Of a DNA stretch of 59,601 nucleotides, positions 7,981 to 16,079 are shown in pieces (positions within the stretch are counted from its first letter, which is position 1; each line of letters starts with the position of its first letter). The translations under genes and the position numbers were made by a program. This stretch comes from Syntrophomonadaceae bacterium (GTDB taxonomy: Bacteria; Bacillota; Dethiobacteria; DTU022; UBA8154), in NCBI GenBank assembly GCA_003563895.1, contig PWTK01000058.1:1-59601 (forward strand), written 5' to 3'. The notes under the pieces are model-generated. The model was not told where the DNA came from. It did no database searches and worked only from the letters and a program-made list of their open reading frames with translations.

Positions 7981-9930
7981 ATGGCCAGGACCAACGAGGG
8001 AAAAACCCTTAAAGGGGATCTGAAGGAAAAAATCGGTATCCTGCAGAGGGTGATCCCCTTCAATATTTTAAGCCAGAAAGAGCACCAGGAACTGGCCGAG
8101 CAATGCTATTTCAAAGAATTCCCCAAGGACACCTATATCTTTAGACAAAGCGAGCCTTCCCAGGGGATGATTTTTATCATCGTCTCCGGGAAAACACGCG
8201 TCACCGTTTCCCAGGAAGAAGGGGTGGAAACCACCGCCGGTTACCGCAACCCGTACGATTTCTTCGGCGTAACCGCCCTTTTGACCGATGAAGAGTACCC
8301 CGTATCGGTGGTGGCCGAAGAAGATCTGAAATGCCTGCTGGTGCCCCACGAGAGGCTGGAAAATATCATGAACAATAATGCAGAGTTCGCCTCGTATTTC
8401 ACCTACGAGCTCAGCAGGCGCCTGAGAGAGGTTTACCGAAGCTTCATGGAAGAAACCCGGGAAGGGTTCTATACGGGGGCCCACCTCCTGCGCAAGAGGG
8501 TCTCCGAGATCATGAGTTCGCCGCCGGTCATCTGCGGGTACATGGACTCGGTGGAAAGGGTCGCCCAGGTGATGGCCCAAAACGACGTCTCCTCCGTGAT
8601 CGTCACGGCCCCCAACGGCACCCCCCTGGGGATCATCACCGAAAAGGACCTGGTCAGCAAGGTGCTGGCCGAAGAGGGCCCGGCAAGCCTGGATATGAAA
8701 GCGCACGAGATCATGAGCGAAAACATCATCAGCATTTCCGGGGAGGATTTTTCATACCAGGCCCTCCTCCTGATGATCAAGCACAGCATCAAACATGTCA
8801 TCGTATCCAGCAACGGGTCGCTGGTCGGCATCCTGACCATGCGCGACCTGATGAGGACCAGGCAGTCCGGGGCGCTGAGCATTGTCAACAAAATTGAATC
8901 CCAGGAAAGCCTGGAGGAACTGCGCAGGGCCGTCGATGATATCGATAAGGTGCTGCAGGCGCTGGTCATGGAAAGGGCTTACGCTTCCGAGATCTGCCCG
9001 CTCATCACGGAATTCTACGACCGCCTCACCCGCAGGATCGTCTCCATGGCCGAAAGGGATATGGTTGCCGAAGGTTACGGGGAGCCTCCCGTGGCCTACA
9101 GCTGGATCAACATGGGCAGCAGCGGCCGCATGGAGCAGTACTCCAGGACCGACCAGGACAACGGGATCATTTTTGAGGATATGCCCGACAGAAGAACCCT
9201 TAAAAAAGTGCGGGAATATTTCCTGGTACTGGGGGAAAAGGTGGTGGACGGCCTGGAGAAATGCGGCTTTGAGCGCTGTGATGGGCTGGTAATGGCCAAC
9301 AATTCCCAGTGGTGCCGCTCCCTGTCCGAATGGAAAGAAGTGGTGGCCCAATGGATCGACGAGCTGGATCCCGAAAACATCCGTAAAATGACCATCTTTC
9401 TCGACTTCAGGCATATCTGGGGCTACTCCCCTCTCACCCAAAATCTCAAGGAGTATGTGACGGACCGGTTTCAAAATGCAAACACCGCCCTGCTGTTCCT
9501 GGGAGAAGATGCGCTGCGCTACCGGGCGCCCTTGAATATTTTCCGCCAGATTGTGACCGAAAAATCGGGGGAGCACAAGAACCAGGTGAACCTCAAAGGG
9601 GCCGCCTGCGTCCATATCGTAGACTGCATCCGGCTGTTCTGCCTGCGCGAGGGGATCAAAGAAACATCAACCTTCAAGAGAATGGCCGAAATCAAAAAGC
9701 GCGGGGTTTTAGCGGAAGACGAAGTGGAATTTGCAGAGACCGCCTTTGAAACCCTGATGATGTTTCGCATCAGGGAAGCGGTGGAAAAAATGAGCCAGGG
9801 GGAAACGCCGAACAACTACATGAACCCCTATGCCCTGAGCAAAAAAGAGCAGGCCCTCTTGAGAGAGTCATTTGTCGTGGTGAACCGGCTTCAAAACCTC
9901 ACCTCCAAGCATTTCCGCTTGTACGGTTAA
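7981..9930 (+). CDS. cyclic-nucleotide-binding / tandem CBS / DUF294 nucleotidyltransferase signal-transduction protein (paralog 1)
   Basis: N-terminal cNMP-binding fold, two CBS repeats (IMSSPPVIC...VSSVIV / IMSENIISI...), pol-beta-type NTase motif MGSSGRMEQYSRTDQDNG, and a DUF294_C-like tail. ATG-7981 sits behind GAGGAG. Confidence 0.85.
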   Translation: MARTNEGKTLKGDLKEKIGILQRVIPFNILSQKEHQELAEQCYFKEFPKDTYIFRQSEPSQGMIFIIVSGKTRVTVSQEEGVETTAGYRNPYDFFGVTALLTDEEYPVSVVAEEDLKCLLVPHERLENIMNNNAEFASYFTYELSRRLREVYRSFMEETREGFYTGAHLLRKRVSEIMSSPPVICGYMDSVERVAQVMAQNDVSSVIVTAPNGTPLGIITEKDLVSKVLAEEGPASLDMKAHEIMSENIISISGEDFSYQALLLMIKHSIKHVIVSSNGSLVGILTMRDLMRTRQSGALSIVNKIESQESLEELRRAVDDIDKVLQALVMERAYASEICPLITEFYDRLTRRIVSMAERDMVAEGYGEPPVAYSWINMGSSGRMEQYSRTDQDNGIIFEDMPDRRTLKKVREYFLVLGEKVVDGLEKCGFERCDGLVMANNSQWCRSLSEWKEVVAQWIDELDPENIRKMTIFLDFRHIWGYSPLTQNLKEYVTDRFQNANTALLFLGEDALRYRAPLNIFRQIVTEKSGEHKNQVNLKGAACVHIVDCIRLFCLREGIKETSTFKRMAEIKKRGVLAEDEVEFAETAFETLMMFRIREAVEKMSQGETPNNYMNPYALSKKEQALLRESFVVVNRLQNLTSKHFRLYG

Positions 9931-9975
9931 CAACGAAAAAGAGGTCGGTGCCATTATGTTAAAGGAGACACGGCG

Positions 9976-10803
9976 ATGGAAACAAGGTACTATTTTGAAT
10001 TTGATTGTTTTACGTTAAACAGGAAGGCCCGACTCCATTACCCGCTGAACCGCCGCATCACCGATACCTTTAAAAACATCATCTACCGGTCCAACTCTCA
10101 TGCGCTGCTGGGCCCGGAAGGGCTCGCCATCGAAAAGCTGGGTCAGAAAATAAAGAATGTTGAATCAAAAATCGACTGGGACCAAAACCTGCAAAACACC
10201 ACCTATGTGGTTTTCGACTGTGAAACAACAGGGCTCCAGCCCTTTAAGGGAGACCGCATCATTTCTATCGGCGGGATAAAAATAGAAAATGAGAAGATCA
10301 GCCCTGCGGAAACATTCGAAGTCCTTGTAAACCCCGAGCGGCCCATTCCGAGAACGGCCAGGGACATCACCGGCATCAGCGATGAGATGGTGGCCGATGC
10401 AATGAATGTTTACGAGGCACTGCTGAAATTTTTTGATTTTGCCGGAAGCAGCATCCTGGTGGCCCATAATGCCGCCTTCGACCTGACGTTTTTGAATATC
10501 GCCCTCTGCAGGCTGGCGCCCCTGCGGGTTCCCCACCCGGTGATCGACACCTATATCCTGGCGCGGAGCATTTTCCCCGATATGTTCGAGTATTCCCTGG
10601 AAAGGCTGTGTAAAAAGCTCGACATCCCCATAAAAGGAAGACACACGGCCATTGGGGACGCCCGCGTAACCGCCGAGCTTTACCTGGATCTCCTGGAAAG
10701 GCTGGGCAGCAAGCGCATCCACACCCTGCAGCAGTTGAGGGGGTACATGGAATGGTATAAAAACAACGAAAAGCTGCACAAACCGCTATCGGGCGGGTTA
10801 TAA
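9976..10803 (+). CDS. DnaQ-like 3'-5' exonuclease (DEDDh, DNA pol III epsilon family) with N-terminal extension
   Basis: Exo I VVFDCETTGL, Exo II VAHNAAFDLTFL, Exo III HTAIGDARVTAELY. It lies immediately downstream of the DUF294 gene. Confidence 0.85.
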   Translation: METRYYFEFDCFTLNRKARLHYPLNRRITDTFKNIIYRSNSHALLGPEGLAIEKLGQKIKNVESKIDWDQNLQNTTYVVFDCETTGLQPFKGDRIISIGGIKIENEKISPAETFEVLVNPERPIPRTARDITGISDEMVADAMNVYEALLKFFDFAGSSILVAHNAAFDLTFLNIALCRLAPLRVPHPVIDTYILARSIFPDMFEYSLERLCKKLDIPIKGRHTAIGDARVTAELYLDLLERLGSKRIHTLQQLRGYMEWYKNNEKLHKPLSGGL

Positions 10804-11072
10804 AGGGGGAATAACTGCTCCCGGCAGGAATCACCTGGAAACGCGGGAAAAGGGGGGGAGCTGGGAAAAGCAATTTGATCTCCAAGGAAAAGGCAAAAGT
10901 GGCGGAGGCGGGCGGTGAGGACAGGAGAGGACGGACGGTGAGGCAGGAAGGGGGCCTTTAAGGATTTGCATCCAGGAGGTGTGCCTGGCCTGGACAAGCC
11001 AGTGCCATAAACGTTGAATGTCTAAACGCCCCCTTTTAAATGGAGAAACCACCAGCTCTCACGCTCTCACGA

Positions 11073-11125
11073 GATCGCTTGAAAAAGTTTTGCCAAATTT
11101 GCGCAGAGCTTGAGATTTAAGGGCC
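11073..11125. repeat. R4 repeat, copy A (~53 nt)
   Basis: GATCGCTTGAAAAAGTTTTGCCAAATTTGCGCAGAGCTTGAGATTTAAGGGCC is about 80% identical to 23583-23634. Weaker similarity extends about 40 nt to the left. Confidence 0.5.
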
Positions 11126-11156
11126 AAAAAAGGAGGGGCGATGGAACCGTCCCCTG
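11125..11156 (-). terminator. intrinsic terminator of DUF294 paralog 2
   Basis: The minus strand reads AGGGGACGGUUCCAUCGCCCCU followed by CCUUUUUUGG, starting 7 nt after the stop codon. Confidence 0.55.
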
Positions 11157-11162
11157 GGGCTG

Positions 11163-13103
11163 CTAGGGAAGATACGGCCGGAAGAGGTTGGAGGTGGTGG
11201 TCTGGAGCCGCCTCACCATGATCAGGGCGTCTCTTAACAGCAGCTGTTCGCGGCTGGAGAGCTCGTCAGGGTTGATATAATTGTCCGGGCGCTCTCCTCT
11301 TTTCATTTTTTCCAGGGAATCCCTGATGCGTAACATCATGATGGATTCGTAAGCGGCAATCAACAGCTCCACGTCTTCCTGTTTCAGCGCCTCTCTTTTG
11401 CCCAGCCCCTCCAGCCTTTCAAAGGTGTTGGTGACCAGCAGCCCTTCGCTCAGGGCCAGCACGCGCGTGCAGTCCACCATGTGCACGGAAGCGGAAGATT
11501 TCAGGTTGAGCTGATCGCGGTGTTCTCCGCTGCGTTCCGTCTGGATGCGGCGGAAAATGTTGAGGGGTATTTTTTTGGTAAGGTTGTCTTCCACCAGAAA
11601 GCGCAGCATCGGCAGATTGTTGCGAAAGCTGCGGATGACGAAGTTGCGCAGCAGATAATAGAGGCTCTGCCGTCCGTAGATATAGCGGAAGTCCAAAAAG
11701 ATGGTCATCAGGCGCACATTTTCCGGTTTGGCGTCGAGCAGCCAGCCGTCGATGGCCGCCCGCCATTCTTTGTTGGAGCGGGTCCACGCCTTGTTGTTGG
11801 CCATCACGCCCCCCTTGCAGCGCTCAAAGCCGAAGGTCTCCAGGCCGTTCACAATCTTTTCGCCCAGCGTGAGGAAGTAGTCTTCCACGCTTTTCTCTTT
11901 GGCCGGGGGCACATTTTCATAAATGATGCCGTTGTCCTGGTCGGTGCGGGTGAACTGCTCTTTCCTGCCGCTGCTGCCCATGGAAATAAAGCAAAAACCG
12001 GCAGGAGGCGGGCCGTGCCCTTCCTGGACCATTTCCATTTCGCTGAGCTCAATGACGCGGCGGGTGATCCGGTCGTAAAATTCTGTGATCAGCGCATTGA
12101 TTTCCCTGGCCGAGGCCCTCTCCACCAGGAGCGCCTGCAGCACCCGGGCAATCTCGGGCCTTAAGGTGGCCAGGTCGTGGATATCGCTCGCCGATTCCAC
12201 GCGGTCGATGATGGCCAGGGAACCGGTGCGCCTGGAGTTGACCAGGTCTCTCATGCTCACAATGCCGACCAGGCGGCCGCCGTCTTCGGTAACCGGCAGG
12301 TGCTTGCAGCCGTTTCGGGCCATCAGCAGAAAGGCCTGGAAAGCGAACTCGCCGGGCCTGATGGTTATCGGGTTGGCGGTCATTATTTTTTCAGCGGTGC
12401 GGGTGATGCTCTCTTCTATGTTCGGCTCCCGGAGCACCCTGGCTACGAGGTCGCCCTCAGTCACGATGCCCAACACCCTGGCGCCGTCACTGCCGTTCCC
12501 TTCGGTGATGATCACCGAACTCACGTCATGGCGGTACATGAGCTCCGCCATCTGCTGCACCCCGTTGTCGGGACGGCACGTGACCACGCCGGTATTCATG
12601 ATGTTTGAGACGACCCTCCGAAAGACGTCTTCTTCCGCCCCTTCTTCCTCCCGAAGCTCGAATTTTTGGTAGAGGATGCGCATGCGGTCGGCCAGCAGCT
12701 GCGCGAAATAAGCGGCGAATTCGCTGCTCTGCTCGAACATCTCCTCGATATCTTCCCTCTTTATCTCCAGGCAGGTCGTAGGGGTAAGCGCTACGGCATT
12801 GCCGGGGTACCCCTCTTCCTCCGAAAAGAGCACCGTCTCGCCAAAAAAGCTCAGGTTGTTCCGGTAGCCGGCAACGGTTTTCTTCCCCCTGGCGTTACCC
12901 ACAGAGAGCTCCACTTTTCCGCGGGCCACCAGGTAGAGCCGGCCGCTGGATTTCTCCCCCTGCCTGCAGATATAGCTTCCCTCGGGGTAATCCCGGTGTT
13001 CGGCGCGGGAAGCAATTTCGTTGAGGGAATCTTCATCCAGGTAGTTGAAGGGTTCAATGAGCCCCAGCAGGTCGGCTTTTTCCTCCGTCGTCGTCAGATC
13101 CAT
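11163..13103 (-). CDS. cyclic-nucleotide-binding / tandem CBS / DUF294 nucleotidyltransferase signal-transduction protein (paralog 2)
   Basis: 646 aa with the same architecture as 7981-9930. NTase motif MGSSGRKEQFTRTDQDNG. ITEFYDRITRR is shared with paralog 1. Confidence 0.85.
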   Translation of the reverse strand: MDLTTTEEKADLLGLIEPFNYLDEDSLNEIASRAEHRDYPEGSYICRQGEKSSGRLYLVARGKVELSVGNARGKKTVAGYRNNLSFFGETVLFSEEEGYPGNAVALTPTTCLEIKREDIEEMFEQSSEFAAYFAQLLADRMRILYQKFELREEEGAEEDVFRRVVSNIMNTGVVTCRPDNGVQQMAELMYRHDVSSVIITEGNGSDGARVLGIVTEGDLVARVLREPNIEESITRTAEKIMTANPITIRPGEFAFQAFLLMARNGCKHLPVTEDGGRLVGIVSMRDLVNSRRTGSLAIIDRVESASDIHDLATLRPEIARVLQALLVERASAREINALITEFYDRITRRVIELSEMEMVQEGHGPPPAGFCFISMGSSGRKEQFTRTDQDNGIIYENVPPAKEKSVEDYFLTLGEKIVNGLETFGFERCKGGVMANNKAWTRSNKEWRAAIDGWLLDAKPENVRLMTIFLDFRYIYGRQSLYYLLRNFVIRSFRNNLPMLRFLVEDNLTKKIPLNIFRRIQTERSGEHRDQLNLKSSASVHMVDCTRVLALSEGLLVTNTFERLEGLGKREALKQEDVELLIAAYESIMMLRIRDSLEKMKRGERPDNYINPDELSSREQLLLRDALIMVRRLQTTTSNLFRPYLP

Positions 13104-13115
13104 CGTTTCACCTCC

Positions 13116-14408
13116 TCACAGCTTCAACATGACGAGCCCGGTGGCCAGTTTGGGGTAAAAAAAGGTGGATTTTTGCGGCATGCGGAATCCGCCGCGGGCC
13201 AGGTCCATGATTTTATCCAGGTGGGGCGTGTTGACATAAAACACATACCGGGCCCGGCCGCGATCCACCTCTTCTTTTGCTTCCCACTCGTCCCTCAGGT
13301 AATAGATACCCGCTTCGTCCCTCCGCTGCTCATACCCCAGTTGAAATATATGGGAAAGAACCAGCTCTTGCAGAACCAGCACGTCCAGCCGGGAAGGGAG
13401 TTCCACCTCTTTCCAGGCCTCCTCCCGGAGGGTGAGAATATATAGCTTTTTAGAAGGCGCATAAAGACCAAAGGAAACGCGGCTGCCCTCAGAGCCCTTC
13501 AAGTGACCCCGCAGGGTGGAAAGCAGTTCCTCTTCGCTCCGGGGTTCGGGAAATTCCTGAAGCAGAAAATAGCGCCCGAGCTGCTCCAGCAATTCTGGGG
13601 CTTCGACCCCGCTGCAGGCGATGAGCCGGTGCGTCGGCAGGGCGAGCAGGCCCTCGTCATACACATTGACCAGCGCCATCAGCGTCACGCCGTACCGCTC
13701 TGGGTCCGCCCCCTCCCTCATTTTCTCCAGGTAAAACTCCAGCGCAGTTTCGTAGCGGTGGTGCCCGTCGGCAATAAAAATGGTTCTATCCTGAAAAAAC
13801 CGGGTGACTTCTTCCACAAAATCCCTGTCGGCTACCGCCCAGATACGGTGCCGCTGGTTTTCTTCGTCCACAAAATCGATGTCCGGGGCGGCCTTTTTAA
13901 AGGACTCGCCATATTTTTCCACCATCAGCTCCCTGTCCCGGTAGAGGCCGAAAATGGGGCTGATGTTCGCTTCGCAGTGGCGCAGCATTTCCAATCGATC
14001 GGCCTTGGGTTTGCTCATGGTCTCCTCATGGGGGATGACCTCTCCTTTTTCAAAGGGAGAGAGGCCGACACCGCAGTAAATGCCTCTGCGCACATAATTC
14101 CTTCCTTCAAACTGAAAGGCCAGTTCATAGAGATAGACGGCGGGTTTTTCTTCGCAAAACAACACCCCTTTTTGCAGCCATTCCCGGAGCGTGCGCGCGG
14201 CTCGCGTATACTTGTTTTGCCCGGGTCTGTCCTCCTGGAAAGAGGCGGGATATTCCAGCCTGATCACGTTATACCTGCTTTTTTTGTACAGCTCCTCCTG
14301 TTTTTGCGGTGTAATCACGTCGTAAGGCGGGGTAATGAGTTTTGCATAATCGGCGCCGGCAGCGACTTCGGAAAAACGCATTCCCCTGATCGGACACACT
14401 CTCGCCAT
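13116..14408 (-). CDS. DUF1015 family protein (COG4198), function unknown
   Basis: 430 aa. The N-terminal IRGMRF...ITPPYDVI and FIADGHHRYETAL motifs are typical of DUF1015. Confidence 0.7.
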   Translation of the reverse strand: MARVCPIRGMRFSEVAAGADYAKLITPPYDVITPQKQEELYKKSRYNVIRLEYPASFQEDRPGQNKYTRAARTLREWLQKGVLFCEEKPAVYLYELAFQFEGRNYVRRGIYCGVGLSPFEKGEVIPHEETMSKPKADRLEMLRHCEANISPIFGLYRDRELMVEKYGESFKKAAPDIDFVDEENQRHRIWAVADRDFVEEVTRFFQDRTIFIADGHHRYETALEFYLEKMREGADPERYGVTLMALVNVYDEGLLALPTHRLIACSGVEAPELLEQLGRYFLLQEFPEPRSEEELLSTLRGHLKGSEGSRVSFGLYAPSKKLYILTLREEAWKEVELPSRLDVLVLQELVLSHIFQLGYEQRRDEAGIYYLRDEWEAKEEVDRGRARYVFYVNTPHLDKIMDLARGGFRMPQKSTFFYPKLATGLVMLKL

Positions 14409-14446
14409 TGTTTTCCCTACCTCCGTCTCAATTCAGTGGCAGAACA

Positions 14447-15499
14447 TTACGGCAGCGACTTCCAGTAATCTTTGTGCATATCCTTGATGGCGTGGAGAAT
14501 TTCTTTGCCCCGCCCCCCTTTTGAAGCACGCGCATCCTCTATGATCGGAAGGTCCCAGTGGGAGACGACATTCAGCACGTTGAAAATGATATCGGCCTGA
14601 TCGTGGACGTTGTAGCCGCCTTCCAGGAAAAAGATCATCTTCCCGTCGGCATACCTGTCGGCGCCATCAGCCAGCATCCGGGCCATGCGGGCATAAAACT
14701 GCTTGGAGAGATTCATGGAAGCCAGCGAGTCGCCCATGTATGCGTCCTGGCCGGCCGAGATGAGCAGCATTTCCGGTTGATATTCGTCCATGATGGGCAG
14801 GACGAGTTTCTGAAAAAGGGCCTCGTAATCCTCGTCCCCGCTTCCTGCCGGCATGGGAGCATTTACCGTGTACCCCCGCCCCTCTCCTCTTCCTATCTCA
14901 CCCAATCTCCCCGTGCCGGGGTAGGCCGGGCTCTGGTGCACGGAAAAAAACAGCACGCCGGGATCTTCTTCAAAAACGTGCTGGGTGCTGTTCCCGTGGT
15001 GCACGTCCCAATCCACGATCATGATCCGCTTTTTGCCGTAATCGTTTTGAAGCACCCTCGCCGCGATGGCGATGTTGTTGAAAAGGCAGAATCCCATGGC
15101 CCTGTCCGGCTCGGCGTGGTGGCCCGGCGGCCTGATCAGGGCAAAAACCCGGTCGAGTTCACCGGCCATGACCTTGTTCACCGCGTCGAGACAGCCCTGC
15201 ACGGCTAACCTGGCCACCTCGTAGGAGTCGGGGGTGATGTAGGTATCCATGTCCAGCTGGCGAACCCCTCTTTCGCAGGCCGCCTTCACACTCTGGATAT
15301 ATTTTTCCTTGTGGACCAGGGCAATGGTCTCTTCTGATGCCTTTTCTGTGGGGGTGATCAGCTCCAGACGATCCAGGACTTTTTCCTTTTCCAGTTTGTC
15401 CATGACCGCTTCCAGGCGTTCCTTGCACTCCGGGTGAAAATTGTTCGTGTGGAGCAAAAAGTCGTCGTGATAAACAATGCCTGTCTTAACCTCTTTCAT
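14447..15499 (-). CDS. histone deacetylase-family protein (AcuC-like lysine/acetoin deacetylase)
   Basis: RPPGHHA, DWDVHHGNSTQ and GGY motifs, about 350 aa. ATG-15499 sits behind GGAGGG; the ORF track extends to 15676. Confidence 0.85.
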   Translation of the reverse strand: MKEVKTGIVYHDDFLLHTNNFHPECKERLEAVMDKLEKEKVLDRLELITPTEKASEETIALVHKEKYIQSVKAACERGVRQLDMDTYITPDSYEVARLAVQGCLDAVNKVMAGELDRVFALIRPPGHHAEPDRAMGFCLFNNIAIAARVLQNDYGKKRIMIVDWDVHHGNSTQHVFEEDPGVLFFSVHQSPAYPGTGRLGEIGRGEGRGYTVNAPMPAGSGDEDYEALFQKLVLPIMDEYQPEMLLISAGQDAYMGDSLASMNLSKQFYARMARMLADGADRYADGKMIFFLEGGYNVHDQADIIFNVLNVVSHWDLPIIEDARASKGGRGKEILHAIKDMHKDYWKSLP

Positions 15500-15539
15500 G
15501 GGGGACCCTCCTTTTGCTCGGGAAAAATGATGGAACTTT

Positions 15540-15971
15540 TCAACTCTCGATGTTCTCCTGGACCTTTTCCAACAAAATCTTCCAAAGAAAGGGGTTCTGC
15601 TTGCGCAGCACCACGGGCTTGCCCTTTTCATTGACAAAAGCGTGCGTCGTCTCTCCTTCGGCCAGCGCCCTGCCATCGTAAACGCGGATCAGCTCGTAGT
15701 AAAAACCCAGTCGGACCTGTTCCAGCATGTTCAAGCGCGTCACTACGCGCAGCTCTTCATCATAGCGGGCCGGATAGCGGTACTTGCAGTAGGCTTCGGT
15801 GACAGGCAGAAAAATGCTGTTCTGTTCCAGGTCTTTGTAGGTCATCCCCAGGTCCCGCAGGAATTCCGTGCGCCCTATCTCAAACCAGACGAAGTAATTG
15901 GCATAATAGGCAACGCCCATCTGGTCGGTATCCTTGTAAAGCACTCTGATGGTGGTTTCGTTATGTTTCAT
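15540..15971 (-). CDS. acyl-CoA thioesterase (YbgC/4HBT hotdog family)
   Basis: IRVLYKDTDQMGVAYYANYFVWFEIGRTEFLR is the typical 4HBT catalytic-Asp N-terminus. 143 aa. Confidence 0.85.
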   Translation of the reverse strand: MKHNETTIRVLYKDTDQMGVAYYANYFVWFEIGRTEFLRDLGMTYKDLEQNSIFLPVTEAYCKYRYPARYDEELRVVTRLNMLEQVRLGFYYELIRVYDGRALAEGETTHAFVNEKGKPVVLRKQNPFLWKILLEKVQENIES

Positions 15972-16079
15972 CCGGCGCCCTCCTTCCCCTCCTTCGCTCC
16001 TTCGGCTTCGCCCGCCCCCGAACGCCGCTTCTGCTGCCGACTGCTAAGGGGCACCTGCTCAGGCCCGCGAACCCCCTCG

